DNA of 63,379 nt, counting the filler, from Dimargaris cristalligena (Eukaryota): NCBI GenBank assembly GCA_003614675.1. It is 7 parts of 7 records of this genome, joined end to end, with 100 filler letters (N's around TTAATTAATTAA, not from the genome) between each part and the next. Parts side by side here need not be neighbours in the genome. Positions count along the whole stretch, not along the records: positions 54,427 to 63,379 come from ML003299.1; 6 more parts are not named here. One strand, given 5' to 3'. Each line of letters begins with the position of its first letter. Within the stretch, counting starts at the first letter, position 1. Position numbers and translations under genes: made by a program. Below the pieces are notes generated by a model that saw nothing but the letters and a program-made list of their open reading frames with translations, ran no database searches and had not been told where the DNA came from. Below are positions 62,251 through 63,379 of this stretch, piece by piece.

Positions 62251-63162
62251 ATTATACTCATTAACTCACACCCACCCACAAGCACACCTCTCGTTCGTTC
62301 CTCCCTCCTTTACTTCCATCCGTTGTCCGCTTCGTTCATTTTATTTTGGATCGACTCTAATTTTCTTCGAATCCACCCCCCAACCTGCCATATTCATTTT
62401 ATATTATTATTATTATTATTATTATAATATTACATCTATTTCTCTACTGGCTTCTCCGCCCCCCCCCACCTCGGGTATTTCCAGTGGCTTTACATTTCTC
62501 GAAACCCTGTAATTGATGATTCTCTTTAGCTCCGTCACCATCCTGATCCTTAAGTAGATTCCGATGATGATTGTTACAAATTATTAGTAGCTGTAGTACT
62601 TCCGTTTAAGTGCCTTGTGACGCAGAATTGGTTGTTCAATGCTCTCTCGTCTTGGGGATGTTTAAATATTAAATAGCCCGTTTTACATTATATATATCCC
62701 CTTTAAGCAATAACCCTTTGAGATGTGCCTCAATTGTCCGTAAGGAATTAAATGAGGGAAAGTGGACTCTCCTTGGCCTCGGTAACATGTGTAGCCCTTC
62801 CGAAGTCCCTGTCCTTCTCATTTTGACTAATATATCCCCCTGGTTTGTGGGTGCGGCAGCTAATGCTGATTTGGTCCCTTTTGTTTAAAGTCATAATTAT
62901 GAATACGCCTCCTTTAGTGACCACTACTCCCTACTTTTGTGACTCACGGGTACACATCCCCAAGTGTTGGATTAAAATGAAGTTCATTTCCACTTCACGG
63001 AGTTTACACCGACGCACACATGTGTGTGGGTGTGTGAATATACCTGCTTTTTGAGCATCCTCCCCCCATATTGCTGGCCAGAATCCATTGCACAGGTGAC
63101 TACGGCTTTATCCCAAGGATTACCCCGCGATTATGAGTGAGGTAATGCTGATCAATCTCGGC

Positions 63163-63184
63163 TGAGAGAGAGAGAGAGAGAGAG
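63163..63184. repeat. (GA)n microsatellite
   Basis: Uninterrupted GA dinucleotide run. Confidence 0.9.
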
Positions 63185-63379
63185 TGGATTTATGTCAATT
63201 GATGAAGTCGCCACACTCTGCTGGTTGGGATGGTCAGACACAAAATAATCGTTCCTGTTTTGCACTGAGGGAAATCCCACTTGCACTTGTGTACTGCTGC
63301 ATAGTGCAGGATTAAGGGAAGCTTATTTTTATCAATTTCTTTATCGGTTTTATCAAGACCGGATCATTACTATATATAT

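Overview
Eukaryotic fungal DNA with GT-AG introns and a Zn2Cys6 transcription factor. Gene content and a decayed NRPS suggest an early-diverging fungus, possibly a Zoopagomycota mycoparasite such as Dimargaris (inference only). The window is not one locus: it is seven ~9 kb contigs joined by artificial 100-nt N/TTAATTAATTAA/N linkers. Genes reconstructed by hand with splice sites: TM-RING-H2 E3 ligase, FMN hydroxy-acid oxidase, 5' end of a GIGYF-like gene, SUMO, a RING-less TRIM37-like protein, a VHS-GAT adaptor, a LETM1-domain protein, TRM10, an AcpS-type PPTase, tRNA-Arg(ACG), a Zn2Cys6 TF, UV-damage endonuclease (one apparent frameshift), a signal-peptide + F-box protein and a sphingomyelin-synthase-family enzyme. 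Also present: a multi-module NRPS pseudogene, a 7-copy ~138-bp MITE, two other dispersed repeat families with strong C-to-T decay, and ~1.34-kb inverted repeats bracketing the VHS-GAT gene. The best candidate for new biology is the secreted F-box protein, a possible effector that hijacks host SCF.
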